Origin: an uncultured virus (IMG/VR IMGVR_UViG_3300045953_000290) | Taxonomy: Duplodnaviria > Heunggongvirae > Uroviricota > Caudoviricetes | DNA: 64,000 nucleotides | Strand: one strand, 5' to 3' | IMG/VR virus record: IMGVR_UViG_3300045953_000290 | Shown: in pieces, positions 1 through 9,323 of the stretch | Numbering within the stretch: the stretch's first letter is position 1 | Layout of the letters: each line of letters begins with the position of its first letter | The notes under the pieces: model-generated | Database searches by the model: none | Seen by the model: the letters and a program-made list of their open reading frames with translations, nothing else | Told to the model about the DNA's origin: nothing | Position numbers and translations under genes: made by a program

Positions 1-2
1 TG

Positions 3-380
3 CGCTATGGCCGGGCGCTGACGGCCAATCAGGATCAGTACAACCGCGCCTTGCAACAGTGGCAGCTCGGGCAGGGGCTGCGCCAGACGCAGTATAACCG
101 TCTGGCCGGGCTGTCCGGCACGGGCCAGACGACGAGTCAGTATTTGGGGACGCTGGGGGCGAACTATGCGGCGAATGCGGGCGAACTGGCCCTGCAACGC
201 GGCAATGCCCTGGCTGCCGGGCAGATCGGCAGCGCCAATGCGTGGAGCAACGCGATTGGCATGGCGACCAACACGCTCGGCGGGCTGGGCAGCATGTACC
301 TGATGCGGCCGCAGACGCCCTCGCCGCAGCAGGCGGGCTATAACCCCTACAGTGTGCCGTACGATCAGTGGGCCTATTAG
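3..380 (+). CDS. Ejection/DNA-transfer protein (P22 gp7-like), 5'-truncated
   Basis: Near-identical to C-terminal part of 35632..36510; Gly/Ala/Gln-rich. Confidence 0.75.
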   Translation, partial: RYGRALTANQDQYNRALQQWQLGQGLRQTQYNRLAGLSGTGQTTSQYLGTLGANYAANAGELALQRGNALAAGQIGSANAWSNAIGMATNTLGGLGSMYLMRPQTPSPQQAGYNPYSVPYDQWAY

Positions 381-395
381 AACTCTGGTGAAGCT

Positions 396-1862
396 ATGCC
401 ACTCGACCCCCGTCTGGCGCTGTTCGCCGGGCAAGGCGTGACCCCCATCCGGGACCCCATGCAGACCATGGCGGGGGTGTATCAGCTCCAGGCCGCCCAG
501 CGCCAGGGCCAGGTCGAGCAGATGCAGCTCGCCGAGGCGCAGCGCCAGGAGCAGGAACGCGGCACCCTGGCGCGGGCCTTCCGCGGCGCGGTCGTCACCG
601 ATCCCGCCACCGGGCAGGCCACGGTGGATGTGCCACGCGCCTTTACGGAAGCCTACCGCACCACCTCTGACCCGCTCACGGTGTTCAAGGCGCAGCAGGG
701 CTACCTGAAAACGCAGGCGGAAGCCAGCAAAGACACGCTGGAAGCGCAAAAACTCCAGCTCGAACATCAGCTCAAGGGCCTGGAACTGGGCGGCCAGGTG
801 GCGCAAGGCGTCGAGGATCGCATTGCCGCCGGCCTGGACCCGCAGGCGGCCTGGGAGGCGGGCATTGCGACCCTGGCCCGGGCCGGCATCCCGACGCAGG
901 GCATCCCCAGGTTTTATGATGCGCCCTCGCTGGCGGGGTGGAAAGGGCAAGCCACGGCGATCAAAACCCGCCTCGAGGCGCAGCAGAAGGTGGTGGATCA
1001 GCAACTGGCCGAGCGCCGCATCGCCCTGGAGACGCGCACCGAGAACCGCTTGCAGCGGGCCGAAGGGCGGGCCGAGACGAAGGCCGCACGCGAGGAGCGG
1101 GAGGCGGCGGGCGGGCTGTATCCGTACGCGACGGACAGTACGCTCAATGCCGCGATCAACCAGGCGATGCAGGAGGCCGGGCTGCCGCGGGGCAGTGAGC
1201 CCCCGCCGGCGGTGTTACGGCGGGCTGACGACCTCGTCGTGTCCGGTGGGGTCAGGAAGGCTGCGGCGACGGGGCGGGAGGCGGCCGAGATTGCCCGCAC
1301 CGACAAGCCCCTGGAAGGCGAAGCGGCCAAAGCCGTGGCCGAACTGACCACGCTGCAAGCCATGACCGATGATGTGACCGATCTCTTTCAGCCGGACTAT
1401 ATCGGGCAGTGGGAAGGCCGCTGGGGGGCGGTGAAACAGTGGGCCGGCAATGCCTCGCAGCGCGAAGTCGTCTTTCGTCGCATCGTCCATGACATGAAAG
1501 ATCAACTGTTGCGGGCCCGCTCCGGGGCGGCGATTACGCAGCAGGAATATGAACGGTTGAGTCAGATCGTCCCCAACGTCACCGATGCCGATGCGACCTT
1601 CCAGGCCAAACTCCTGGGCTTCCGGCGCGCCCTGGATCAGCTCAAGACGGCGCGCCTGGAGGCGGCGACGACGGGGCGCGGCCCGTTACGCACGCAGCAG
1701 CCGGGGATCACGCCCTTGCCGGAGAGCGGGACGGGGGCCCAGGGCGCGGCGGGCCAGAAGCGCGCCAGTCGGGCCGAGATCCAGTCGAAACTGAAACCTG
1801 GCTGGACGCTCGATCAAGCCGTCGAGTGGTATCGTAGCCAGGGGTGGGAGGTGACCAACTGA
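396..1862 (+). CDS. Ejection protein (P22 gp20-position)
   Basis: Synteny; N- and C-termini shared with 36534..37829; helical, Q/E/R-rich. Confidence 0.65.
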   Translation: MPLDPRLALFAGQGVTPIRDPMQTMAGVYQLQAAQRQGQVEQMQLAEAQRQEQERGTLARAFRGAVVTDPATGQATVDVPRAFTEAYRTTSDPLTVFKAQQGYLKTQAEASKDTLEAQKLQLEHQLKGLELGGQVAQGVEDRIAAGLDPQAAWEAGIATLARAGIPTQGIPRFYDAPSLAGWKGQATAIKTRLEAQQKVVDQQLAERRIALETRTENRLQRAEGRAETKAAREEREAAGGLYPYATDSTLNAAINQAMQEAGLPRGSEPPPAVLRRADDLVVSGGVRKAAATGREAAEIARTDKPLEGEAAKAVAELTTLQAMTDDVTDLFQPDYIGQWEGRWGAVKQWAGNASQREVVFRRIVHDMKDQLLRARSGAAITQQEYERLSQIVPNVTDADATFQAKLLGFRRALDQLKTARLEAATTGRGPLRTQQPGITPLPESGTGAQGAAGQKRASRAEIQSKLKPGWTLDQAVEWYRSQGWEVTN

Positions 1863-3814
1863 TGGCCTACACCACCCGGCAACTGCACGACATGATTGTG
1901 GCCGAAGCGCGGCGGCAAGGCGTCGATCCCGCCCTGGCCCTGGGGATTGCGCAGGCCGAATCCTCCTTCAACCCCAACGCGGTGGGCGACAATGGCCGCT
2001 CCATCGAGCTGTTTCAACTGCAACCGGCGGCGATTATCGATGTGGGGGGACGACCCCAGGAGCGCTACGAGGTGCCCGCCAATATCCGCTACGGCATTGC
2101 CTACTTGAAAAATCGCATCGCCCGTGAAGGCGACGAGAGCCGGGGCATTGCGGCCTATAACCAGGGCATTGGCTGGCGCGGCGGGCAGTATTCCAACCCG
2201 CAGTATGTGGCGACGGTCCAGCAGTATAGACGCCAGCACCAGCAGCAGCCCGGCCTGTTCAGCCGGGTCGCGAGCGCGGTGACCCCGGCCCGTGCGGAGG
2301 CTGCCGACCCCGTATCGCCGTACGGGGCAGGCCTGCCGCCGCTGTCGCCTGGCGCCGCCCGCATGGCCCTCCCGGATCTCCCCGACCGTCCCCCGGCAGC
2401 TATGGCCCCGGCGGCGGGCGATCCGGCAGGTCCGGCGCCCTTCTCCTTCGGCCGGCAGACGTTTGTGGGGGATACGGCCGCACAGCTCCAGGCCCAGCAG
2501 GCCATGCTGGCCCGGCAAGAGGCCGGACGGCAACAGGCCGAGCGGGCGGTGGGCAGTCCGGCCGTTCCGGCCCCCACGGGACTGGGGCAAGCCGCCATGG
2601 CCACGGGGATCAGTATAGGGGGCTCCATGCTCGGGGTGGCTGCCGGGACCCTCGCGGCGCCCTTCCTTGGACCCGCCGCGCCGGCGGGGCCCATCTTGGG
2701 CGAGATGGCCGGGAGTTACGGCGCCCGCAAGCTCAATGTCGCCCTGGGGCTGGAAAAGCCCGACGTGATCGGGGATGTGGCCAGTGTGGCCGTGCCGCCT
2801 GCCCTCCGTGGGGTGAGCAAAGTCGTCACGCCCCTGCTCAAGTCCACCACGAAGGCGGTGATACGCCACCTGCCTGGCGCCGCGACGGCGATGCATCAGG
2901 AAGTCGCGGAACGGTTGGCCCGGATGACCGATAGCCTGTTGCCTCCAGTCGATTCGCGGACCCTGTATGGCCAGGTCGCGCGCTACAATCCGGCCATTAC
3001 CCCGACCGCCGTGGCCCGGGACGCGGCAGACATTCTCCAGGCCGAGATGGCCTTGCAACCCTCCTTGCGCAATGGCAAGCTCATGCGGGTAGCAAATGAC
3101 CTCAAGAAGCTCACGGCGAGCGGGACGGTGGACATGGACACCTTGTATGCCCACCAGCAGCGGGTGGGCGAGCTAGTCCGGGAGGCACGGAGCAAAGGCG
3201 GCGTGGGCGAAGGGCGCATCAAACAGCTCTACGCGGCCTTTCACGAGGATTTAGAGACCGCCGCCAGCAAAGGCATCCAGGGGGCGGAGGAACTGAAGAA
3301 CGCCATCGCGGCATCGCGGAAAGAACACATTGCGGCCGAATTCGATGAGCTGTTTAAGCCGGGATCCAATGGGGTCACCATCGACCCGGAAGGTCGCATC
3401 AGCTTGAACGGCGGGCGCATGGAGACGGCCTGGAAGCGGACGTTACGGCGCGACAAGGTGTTGCGCGACACGCTCACGCCGGAGGAAAAAGCCGAGGTGG
3501 AAGGCATTATTACGCTGGCCCAACGGCTCGAACGCCTGAACGTGCCGCGTGGGGGCCAGCGCGGCTCGGGGCGTGCCGCCGTCGGGGCGGCCATTGGAGC
3601 GACCATCGGGGGCCCTGCCGGGGCCGCCGTCGGGGTCTATGGCCCGGAACTCATTGCCAAGGCCATGCAGACGCAAGCGGGGCGGGCGCTGGTGCGGCGG
3701 GCGCTGGAAGAAACCAGCACGGGCGGCGCAGATACCACGGCCCTCAATGCCCTGGCCGCGCTGGTGCGCCAACAGATGCATGCTCCAGAGCCTTCTCCGG
3801 CTCCGACCCCATAA
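1862..3814 (+). CDS. Ejection protein with N-terminal lytic transglycosylase (SLT) domain (gp16-position)
   Basis: AQAESSFNPNAVG, FQL, IAAYNQG motifs; ATG overlaps the upstream TGA. Confidence 0.8.
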   Translation: MAYTTRQLHDMIVAEARRQGVDPALALGIAQAESSFNPNAVGDNGRSIELFQLQPAAIIDVGGRPQERYEVPANIRYGIAYLKNRIAREGDESRGIAAYNQGIGWRGGQYSNPQYVATVQQYRRQHQQQPGLFSRVASAVTPARAEAADPVSPYGAGLPPLSPGAARMALPDLPDRPPAAMAPAAGDPAGPAPFSFGRQTFVGDTAAQLQAQQAMLARQEAGRQQAERAVGSPAVPAPTGLGQAAMATGISIGGSMLGVAAGTLAAPFLGPAAPAGPILGEMAGSYGARKLNVALGLEKPDVIGDVASVAVPPALRGVSKVVTPLLKSTTKAVIRHLPGAATAMHQEVAERLARMTDSLLPPVDSRTLYGQVARYNPAITPTAVARDAADILQAEMALQPSLRNGKLMRVANDLKKLTASGTVDMDTLYAHQQRVGELVREARSKGGVGEGRIKQLYAAFHEDLETAASKGIQGAEELKNAIAASRKEHIAAEFDELFKPGSNGVTIDPEGRISLNGGRMETAWKRTLRRDKVLRDTLTPEEKAEVEGIITLAQRLERLNVPRGGQRGSGRAAVGAAIGATIGGPAGAAVGVYGPELIAKAMQTQAGRALVRRALEETSTGGADTTALNALAALVRQQMHAPEPSPAPTP

Positions 3815-4145
3815 GATGGGCGATCCAGGCCACATAGAGGGGGATCTGGCAGTGGTAGACGGCCATGGTATCGTGAGGAGACACCGTGCGGAGCGTTGTC
3901 CAGCCAACCGACAACCCGCAGCGCAGCCAGGTTCCTACGCCATGCTCCCAGGCCAGGCCCATGGCGAGACCGTGGACCGCCCGCCAGTGGTGGCGGGTGG
4001 CGCGGTCGGCGGCCTTCCGCTCGGTACGGAGGCGGCGCCAGACGGCCCGGACGCGCTGGCGGTCTTGCCGGGCGGCGGGGGTATCCCATTCCCGGAACCA
4101 CAGCCAGGAACATACCAGGAGGACGACCCAGAGCGGAATATACAT
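3744..4145 (-). CDS. Moron-like small membrane protein
   Basis: AAGGAG RBS, hydrophobic N-terminus. Confidence 0.5.
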   Translation of the reverse strand: MYIPLWVVLLVCSWLWFREWDTPAARQDRQRVRAVWRRLRTERKAADRATRHHWRAVHGLAMGLAWEHGVGTWLRCGLSVGWTTLRTVSPHDTMAVYHCQIPLYVAWIAHLMGSEPEKALEHASVGAPARPGH

Positions 4146-4178
4146 GCACAGACTCCTTTCAGCTCCAGGACCAGGAGG

Positions 4179-4421
4179 CTAAGGTTGCAAACGACGGCGA
4201 GCAGAAACGCCATGGCGTCTCCTGGGAAACCAGGCCTGATCGCTGGCATAGTCCGGCGAAGAAGAGTAAGCGAGCAGCATCGCTTCACGCGCACGGTTGT
4301 GGGCCTTGCGCGCCCGCTCATACGGTAGATTCAGCAGCCAGTTGAAAGCCATGATGGCGAGGGCACAGAGCCACAGGAACCCGCAGACGGCGAGCACAAG
4401 CAGCAGGATGGTGGACAACAT
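4179..4421 (-). CDS. Moron-like small membrane protein
   Basis: AAGGAG RBS, N-terminal TM segment; 3' end shared with 41236..41496. Confidence 0.6.
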   Translation of the reverse strand: MLSTILLLVLAVCGFLWLCALAIMAFNWLLNLPYERARKAHNRAREAMLLAYSSSPDYASDQAWFPRRRHGVSARRRLQP

Positions 4422-4677
4422 AGACGACTCCTTTCAGGAGTAAAAGGGTTCATGTAATCCGTTCTTCAGAGGCTTTGTGGCGAATGAGTAATTCCAGAAT
4501 AGCCGCCTGGGACACGCCGAGCTTGGCGGACAACAGTTTCAGGAGCCGTCTGGCTTCTGGGGTCAAGCGGATACTGGTTAAAGTTTTGCGTTCCATACTG
4601 AGATTGTAGCGTATATGTAGCTCTTATGTCAATACGTCTTATCGACAAGTCTGCGGAAACCTTGAGGGCTTTTTTCT

Positions 4678-6228
4678 ATGGGCCAATTAGCCACCTACCC
4701 GATCTTTCGCGCCTTCGATCGCGACGGCGAGCCGTTAGCCGGCGGCAAGGTCTATGCCTATCTGTCGGGCACCAGCACCCCCCACGCCCTGTATGCCGAT
4801 GCCGAGCTGACCACGCCGCTGGAAAATCCGGTCATCCTGGACAGTAGCGGCGAAGCGGAGTTTTACTACGATGGCGCGGCCTACAAATTGCTCCTCACGG
4901 ACAAAGACGACGTGGAGCAGTGGCTGCTCGACCCCGTCTCCGGGAGCGGCAGCACCGGGCTGCCGGGCCTGGGCATGGGGACCAACACGGTGCTCATCCG
5001 CCCCACCGCCGGCAGCGCGCAGGCGAGTGCCGGCGTCTTCCCCCAGGACGTCTTGGGCATCGCGCTGACGGCGTGCATCAGTGAGAGCTTTGGGACCAGT
5101 CAGGGGCTCAGCGCGATCGGCGTCGGCAATCCCGACCTGCCCGATGCGTGGGGGATCCTGGAGGCGCTCACTGCCCCCACGACGACCACCGCCGGGGGCT
5201 TTCTCGCCTACGGCGGGCAGCCGCAACCGCTGCCCGGGGCGGTGACGCTCACGGCCTACGGGGGGCTGTTCGATGGCACCGGGGCGGTCTATGTGACGGG
5301 GTATTTTTTTCAGTTTTCGGCCCCGACGACTGCGGGCATGACGTTCCTACCGGGGTCCGCCGGGGACCCGATCCCGCCCACCCCGCAACCCCCGGCGAGT
5401 GAGACGACGGCGGGGATTGCGGAAGTTGCCAATGCGGCGGAAGGGAACAGCACCGACAACAGCCGCATCGTCTCGCCGCTGCGCCTCAAAGAACAACTGG
5501 ATCCGGTGCGGGCGGACGTGACGGCGCTGGAGGCCGTAGGCGCGACGCACACCAGCCAGATCACGGCGCTGGAGGCCAAAATCCCGGCGGGCACGCCGCT
5601 CAGGGTGCCGCGCTGGGCCACGGACGGGCTCAACCTGGAGAGTACCGGCCTCAGCCTGGACGCGGCGAGCAACCTGCTGCTGGGCGCCGTGGTTCCGGGC
5701 ACCGGCCTGCAAAGCGGCCTGGTGCTGCCCCTGGGCGGGCGCCCGACCGCCGCGCATCCCGCCAATGCGGTCCAGATCTGGGTGGAAAATCATGACGGCG
5801 CGGCGGGGCAAGGGGCGCTCAAAGTGCGCAGCGCCAGCGGCGCGGTGACCACGATTGGCACCGGCCTGCTGGCCCGCAAGCACGGCTTTGTGCTCACCAC
5901 CTACGGGGTCGGGGCGCCCTATGCCCTCACGGCGGACAATACCGGCATCGCCGTGGTGGGCAACAATGCGACGGAAATCACCTACCTCACGCTGCCGACC
6001 GCGGCGTACGGCCTGCACTACACGGTGCTCAATTTCCATCCGAGCCCGCGCGGCACCCGCATTGTGGCGCCCGCCGGGGCGACGATCCGGATTGTCGGGC
6101 TGGTCAGTACGGCGGGCGGCTATTGCCAGAGCCAGGTGGTGGGGAGTTTTCTCACCCTCATGGCCACCGGCACGACGGGGTGGACCGCCATAACCGCCAG
6201 CGCTGTCGCCGACTGGACGGTCGGGTAA
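4678..6228 (+). CDS. Tail fibre/tailspike with head-binding N-terminus
   Basis: GEPLAGGKVYAYLSGTSTP N-terminus typical of podovirus tailspikes; ASETTAGIAEVA fibre motif. Confidence 0.75.
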   Translation: MGQLATYPIFRAFDRDGEPLAGGKVYAYLSGTSTPHALYADAELTTPLENPVILDSSGEAEFYYDGAAYKLLLTDKDDVEQWLLDPVSGSGSTGLPGLGMGTNTVLIRPTAGSAQASAGVFPQDVLGIALTACISESFGTSQGLSAIGVGNPDLPDAWGILEALTAPTTTTAGGFLAYGGQPQPLPGAVTLTAYGGLFDGTGAVYVTGYFFQFSAPTTAGMTFLPGSAGDPIPPTPQPPASETTAGIAEVANAAEGNSTDNSRIVSPLRLKEQLDPVRADVTALEAVGATHTSQITALEAKIPAGTPLRVPRWATDGLNLESTGLSLDAASNLLLGAVVPGTGLQSGLVLPLGGRPTAAHPANAVQIWVENHDGAAGQGALKVRSASGAVTTIGTGLLARKHGFVLTTYGVGAPYALTADNTGIAVVGNNATEITYLTLPTAAYGLHYTVLNFHPSPRGTRIVAPAGATIRIVGLVSTAGGYCQSQVVGSFLTLMATGTTGWTAITASAVADWTVG

Positions 6229-6254
6229 CCCTTTCCCAGACAAGGAGACGCGCC

Positions 6255-8315
6255 ATGCTCTGGTTGCTGCTCATGGTCTCGTGGTCCAGTGCCGGACTGC
6301 TGCTGGTGCTCCCCGCCTGGGGGCTCACCACCCATGGCACGCCCGATGCCCAGGTGGAGATGCAAGCCTACGTGGGCGATTTTGCCTCCGGCTACGTGGC
6401 TGAGGGCTGTCTCCCCACCGTCGTTGGGGGGAGCCTCCAGGTGCCGCCGTGCCGCGCCTATGCCCTGGAGACGGCGCCCGTCACGCGCCTGCGCTACCTG
6501 GCCGAACCGACGGCGCGCAGCATCCCCCTTGTCGCCGCCGATGGCCTCATCTGGCTGGCCGGCCGCGCCGATGTCGCGGTGACGCCTCCGGGGTGGACCG
6601 GGGTGGTGGGCACGCACTACGTCTGGACGCACACCACCACCACCCGCCCGGTGCTGCCGCAGGGCACGGTGCTCCTGGCCGGGGCCACCAGCAGTGGTGG
6701 GGTGCTCAGTCAGGTGGCGGATCTGCGGCCAGATACGCCGTACAGAGGCCCGGTCAATGCCCTCTCCGGGCTCTACGGCGTCACCGGCGATTGCCAGACG
6801 GTGGACACCGCCGGGCTGCAAGCCGCCATCAATGCCGGGCTGTGGCGGGATCGCGAGGTGTACCTGCCGACCCCGCCTGGCGGCTGCTATAAAACCGGCG
6901 CCCTGTGGCTGCACTATCACGCCACCTTCAACGCTGCGGCCCCCCAGGCCATCGAGCACCAGGGCTATCTCCTGGTGCTCGGCGATGGGCCGATGCGCTT
7001 TAAGACGGCCACGGAACCGCGCCAGTACGAGCGCACCGTGCTGGAGTGCGTGGATGCCACGCAGCCGTGTATCAACGCCTTCACCGGGGCCGGCGCCGGG
7101 GCCCCCAATGCCCTCAGACATTTGCGCCTTGAGCGTCTGTCGGTGGTGGGGACGAGTCCGGGGCAGTACCTGGTGAGTATTGACGGCGCCAACAATGGCG
7201 CCGGGATGCGCGAAATGTACCTGCTGCAAAAGAGCCAGACGGGCTCCGGGCTCAAGTGGCTCAATACCTTTGTGGTGGACTTGACGCAGGTGTTTATCGA
7301 GTATCAGTCGGTGGTGCCGCAGGGCCGGAGCACCGGGCGCGGGCTCTACCTGTCCAACACCACCACCACCGGCGGCATGGTCGATGTGCGCAACGTCTCG
7401 GCCAAGGGCTTCGATACGTGCTGGCAGATTGGCGAACAGGATTTTGGCACGGGGAGCCGCTTGCAGGCGGTGACCATCCTCGATGGCCAGGCCGGCAACT
7501 GCCAGATTGGCATGTTTGTTGGCCACGCGCTGCGGGGGTTTTCGTGCACCGGCTGTTATTTTGAAGGCATCTCCAAGTACGCCATGCAGTTTGACGCGGA
7601 CCCGCGTGGCGGCCGGGTGGAAGCGTCCTGGTTCGCGGTGGACGACCTGCTGGACGCCGACGATGTCGCCATTCTGTTCGGCAATGGCGTCGGCGACCCG
7701 GGCGGCCGGGCGCAGGCGATCACGTTCGCCAATAATGTCTTTCTCGGCCAGAAGGCGGGCTATACGTTTTACGTCGATACCAGCACCGACACCCACTCCA
7801 TCGCGGTCGAGGGCAATTATGTCGAGGGCGGCTTAGGCGCTAGCGGTCTGGTCGGGATAGGGTGCCGCGACACCTTTGACGCCAAGGGGCTGCGCGTCAT
7901 GGGGAACTTCTTTGATCCGGCCACGGTGGCGACGCCGATCCAGGATGCGTGTTATTACACCGGCCTGATTACCGCCATGGATCGCGTCGTCATGGGGCGG
8001 ACGGTGAGCCACAGTAGCGGCGCCGCCATCGTGCTGGCGCCCACCCTGACGCTGCCCACCGATGGCAACACCTTTAACCTCACCGGCAGCGCCACGGTGA
8101 CGATGATCAGTTGTCCGCACTGCCGCAGTGGGGCGCAGGTGCGCTTTCTCAAAGTGGCGGGCAATACGCCGGTGTTTCAGGAGGGCGGCAACATGAATCT
8201 CTCCAATGCCGGCAGCGACGCCAATACCTGGGCTCCAGGCACCGTGGCGACGGGGACCCTGACGCTGGAACTCTACGGGACGACGTGGTACGAAGTGGGC
8301 CGGACGGTCCAATAA
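6255..8315 (+). CDS. Pectin-lyase-fold beta-helix (tailspike/depolymerase-like) protein with putative signal peptide
   Basis: YGVTGD..DTAGLQAAIN..VYLP motif; beta-helix repeats; AAGGAG RBS. Confidence 0.7.
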   Translation: MLWLLLMVSWSSAGLLLVLPAWGLTTHGTPDAQVEMQAYVGDFASGYVAEGCLPTVVGGSLQVPPCRAYALETAPVTRLRYLAEPTARSIPLVAADGLIWLAGRADVAVTPPGWTGVVGTHYVWTHTTTTRPVLPQGTVLLAGATSSGGVLSQVADLRPDTPYRGPVNALSGLYGVTGDCQTVDTAGLQAAINAGLWRDREVYLPTPPGGCYKTGALWLHYHATFNAAAPQAIEHQGYLLVLGDGPMRFKTATEPRQYERTVLECVDATQPCINAFTGAGAGAPNALRHLRLERLSVVGTSPGQYLVSIDGANNGAGMREMYLLQKSQTGSGLKWLNTFVVDLTQVFIEYQSVVPQGRSTGRGLYLSNTTTTGGMVDVRNVSAKGFDTCWQIGEQDFGTGSRLQAVTILDGQAGNCQIGMFVGHALRGFSCTGCYFEGISKYAMQFDADPRGGRVEASWFAVDDLLDADDVAILFGNGVGDPGGRAQAITFANNVFLGQKAGYTFYVDTSTDTHSIAVEGNYVEGGLGASGLVGIGCRDTFDAKGLRVMGNFFDPATVATPIQDACYYTGLITAMDRVVMGRTVSHSSGAAIVLAPTLTLPTDGNTFNLTGSATVTMISCPHCRSGAQVRFLKVAGNTPVFQEGGNMNLSNAGSDANTWAPGTVATGTLTLELYGTTWYEVGRTVQ

Positions 8316-8325
8316 GGAGGTGGCT

Positions 8326-8862
8326 ATGCGGAGACTCGCTGGCGTCCTGGGACTGGCGCTGCTCCTGCCTTGTGCGGCCGGCGCGGTGACGCTCAAGGTG
8401 GAGGTCTCGGACGGGCTCTATGAGGCGCTGCGCACGGCGGTGGTGGGGACCCTGGAGGCGCCCGCCAGCCCCGAAGACGTGCAGGCGTATGTGCAGCGCG
8501 AAGCCGGCAATCTGCTGCGCGGGCTGGGCGATCAAGGGCTGCGCCGCCAGGCCGGGAGCGTCGCGGAAGCGTATCTCACCGGCGATGCGGCGCGGCGCCA
8601 GGCCATCCAGGCCGCCACGCAGCAGGGCGGGCCGCGCCAGGAGACGCGGGGCGCGGGAAGCGGCGCGGTGCTCGCCTCGGTGGCGCTGCCGCTGCTGGGA
8701 CTGGCGGGGAGTGTGTGGCAGCTCGGCTGGGACGTGGGGAGCTGGGTGCTCTCCTGTATGCTGTACTGGCTGGCCGGCTATCTGTTGTGGGAGGCCAGGC
8801 CCTGCCGGCGCCTGCTGTGGGGGGTGACGCGGAAACTCTACGGGCGCAGTCTGGAGGACTAG
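8326..8862 (+). CDS. Membrane protein with signal peptide
   Basis: AGGAGG RBS; N-terminal signal-like segment and two C-terminal TMs. Confidence 0.6.
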   Translation: MRRLAGVLGLALLLPCAAGAVTLKVEVSDGLYEALRTAVVGTLEAPASPEDVQAYVQREAGNLLRGLGDQGLRRQAGSVAEAYLTGDAARRQAIQAATQQGGPRQETRGAGSGAVLASVALPLLGLAGSVWQLGWDVGSWVLSCMLYWLAGYLLWEARPCRRLLWGVTRKLYGRSLED

Positions 8863-8864
8863 CC

Positions 8865-9107
8865 ATGGCCACGCCCGAGCGGGCGCGCGGCTGGCTGCAG
8901 ACGATCCTGGAGGTCACCGATCGGGCCACGAGTGTGACGTTGCTCTTGATGCTGGTCATCGGGGGCCTGTTTGGGCACTTCGCGCTCCAGGAACTGCGCC
9001 GGGTGCATGCGGTGAATCAGACCCTGTGGGAGGAACTCCAGACCGCCCACAAAGCCCAACTCGACCTGGCCCTGCGCTGCGACTGCGCCCGCGCGGAGGA
9101 GCGCTAA
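8865..9107 (+). CDS. Small TM plus coiled-coil protein (holin/spanin-like)
   Basis: GGAGG RBS; homolog at 47038..47280. Confidence 0.55.
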   Translation: MATPERARGWLQTILEVTDRATSVTLLLMLVIGGLFGHFALQELRRVHAVNQTLWEELQTAHKAQLDLALRCDCARAEER

Positions 9108-9323
9108 ATGGACGCCACCATCCGCTTCTTGATGCACCGGCTCTACGAGGAGCTGATCTGGCTGCGGCAACTGGACCTGACCATGACCCTGGACGATGCC
9201 ATGGCCTACCTGCGCGACCAGTGTGGCTTCGTGGGCCCGGACTGCCGCTACGCCCGGTCGGAGTATTGCGTGCTCGATTGTCCCTTTCGCCCCGCCGAAG
9301 GAGTCCCGCCGTGCGACGCCTAA
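9108..9323 (+). CDS. Conserved Cys-rich hypothetical protein
   Basis: Near-identical to 47280..47495. Confidence 0.7.
   Translation: MDATIRFLMHRLYEELIWLRQLDLTMTLDDAMAYLRDQCGFVGPDCRYARSEYCVLDCPFRPAEGVPPCDA

Noticed and set aside
4678..8315. Diversity-generating retroelement acting on tail genes
   Set aside because: No reverse transcriptase and no TR/VR pair with adenine-specific mismatches seen
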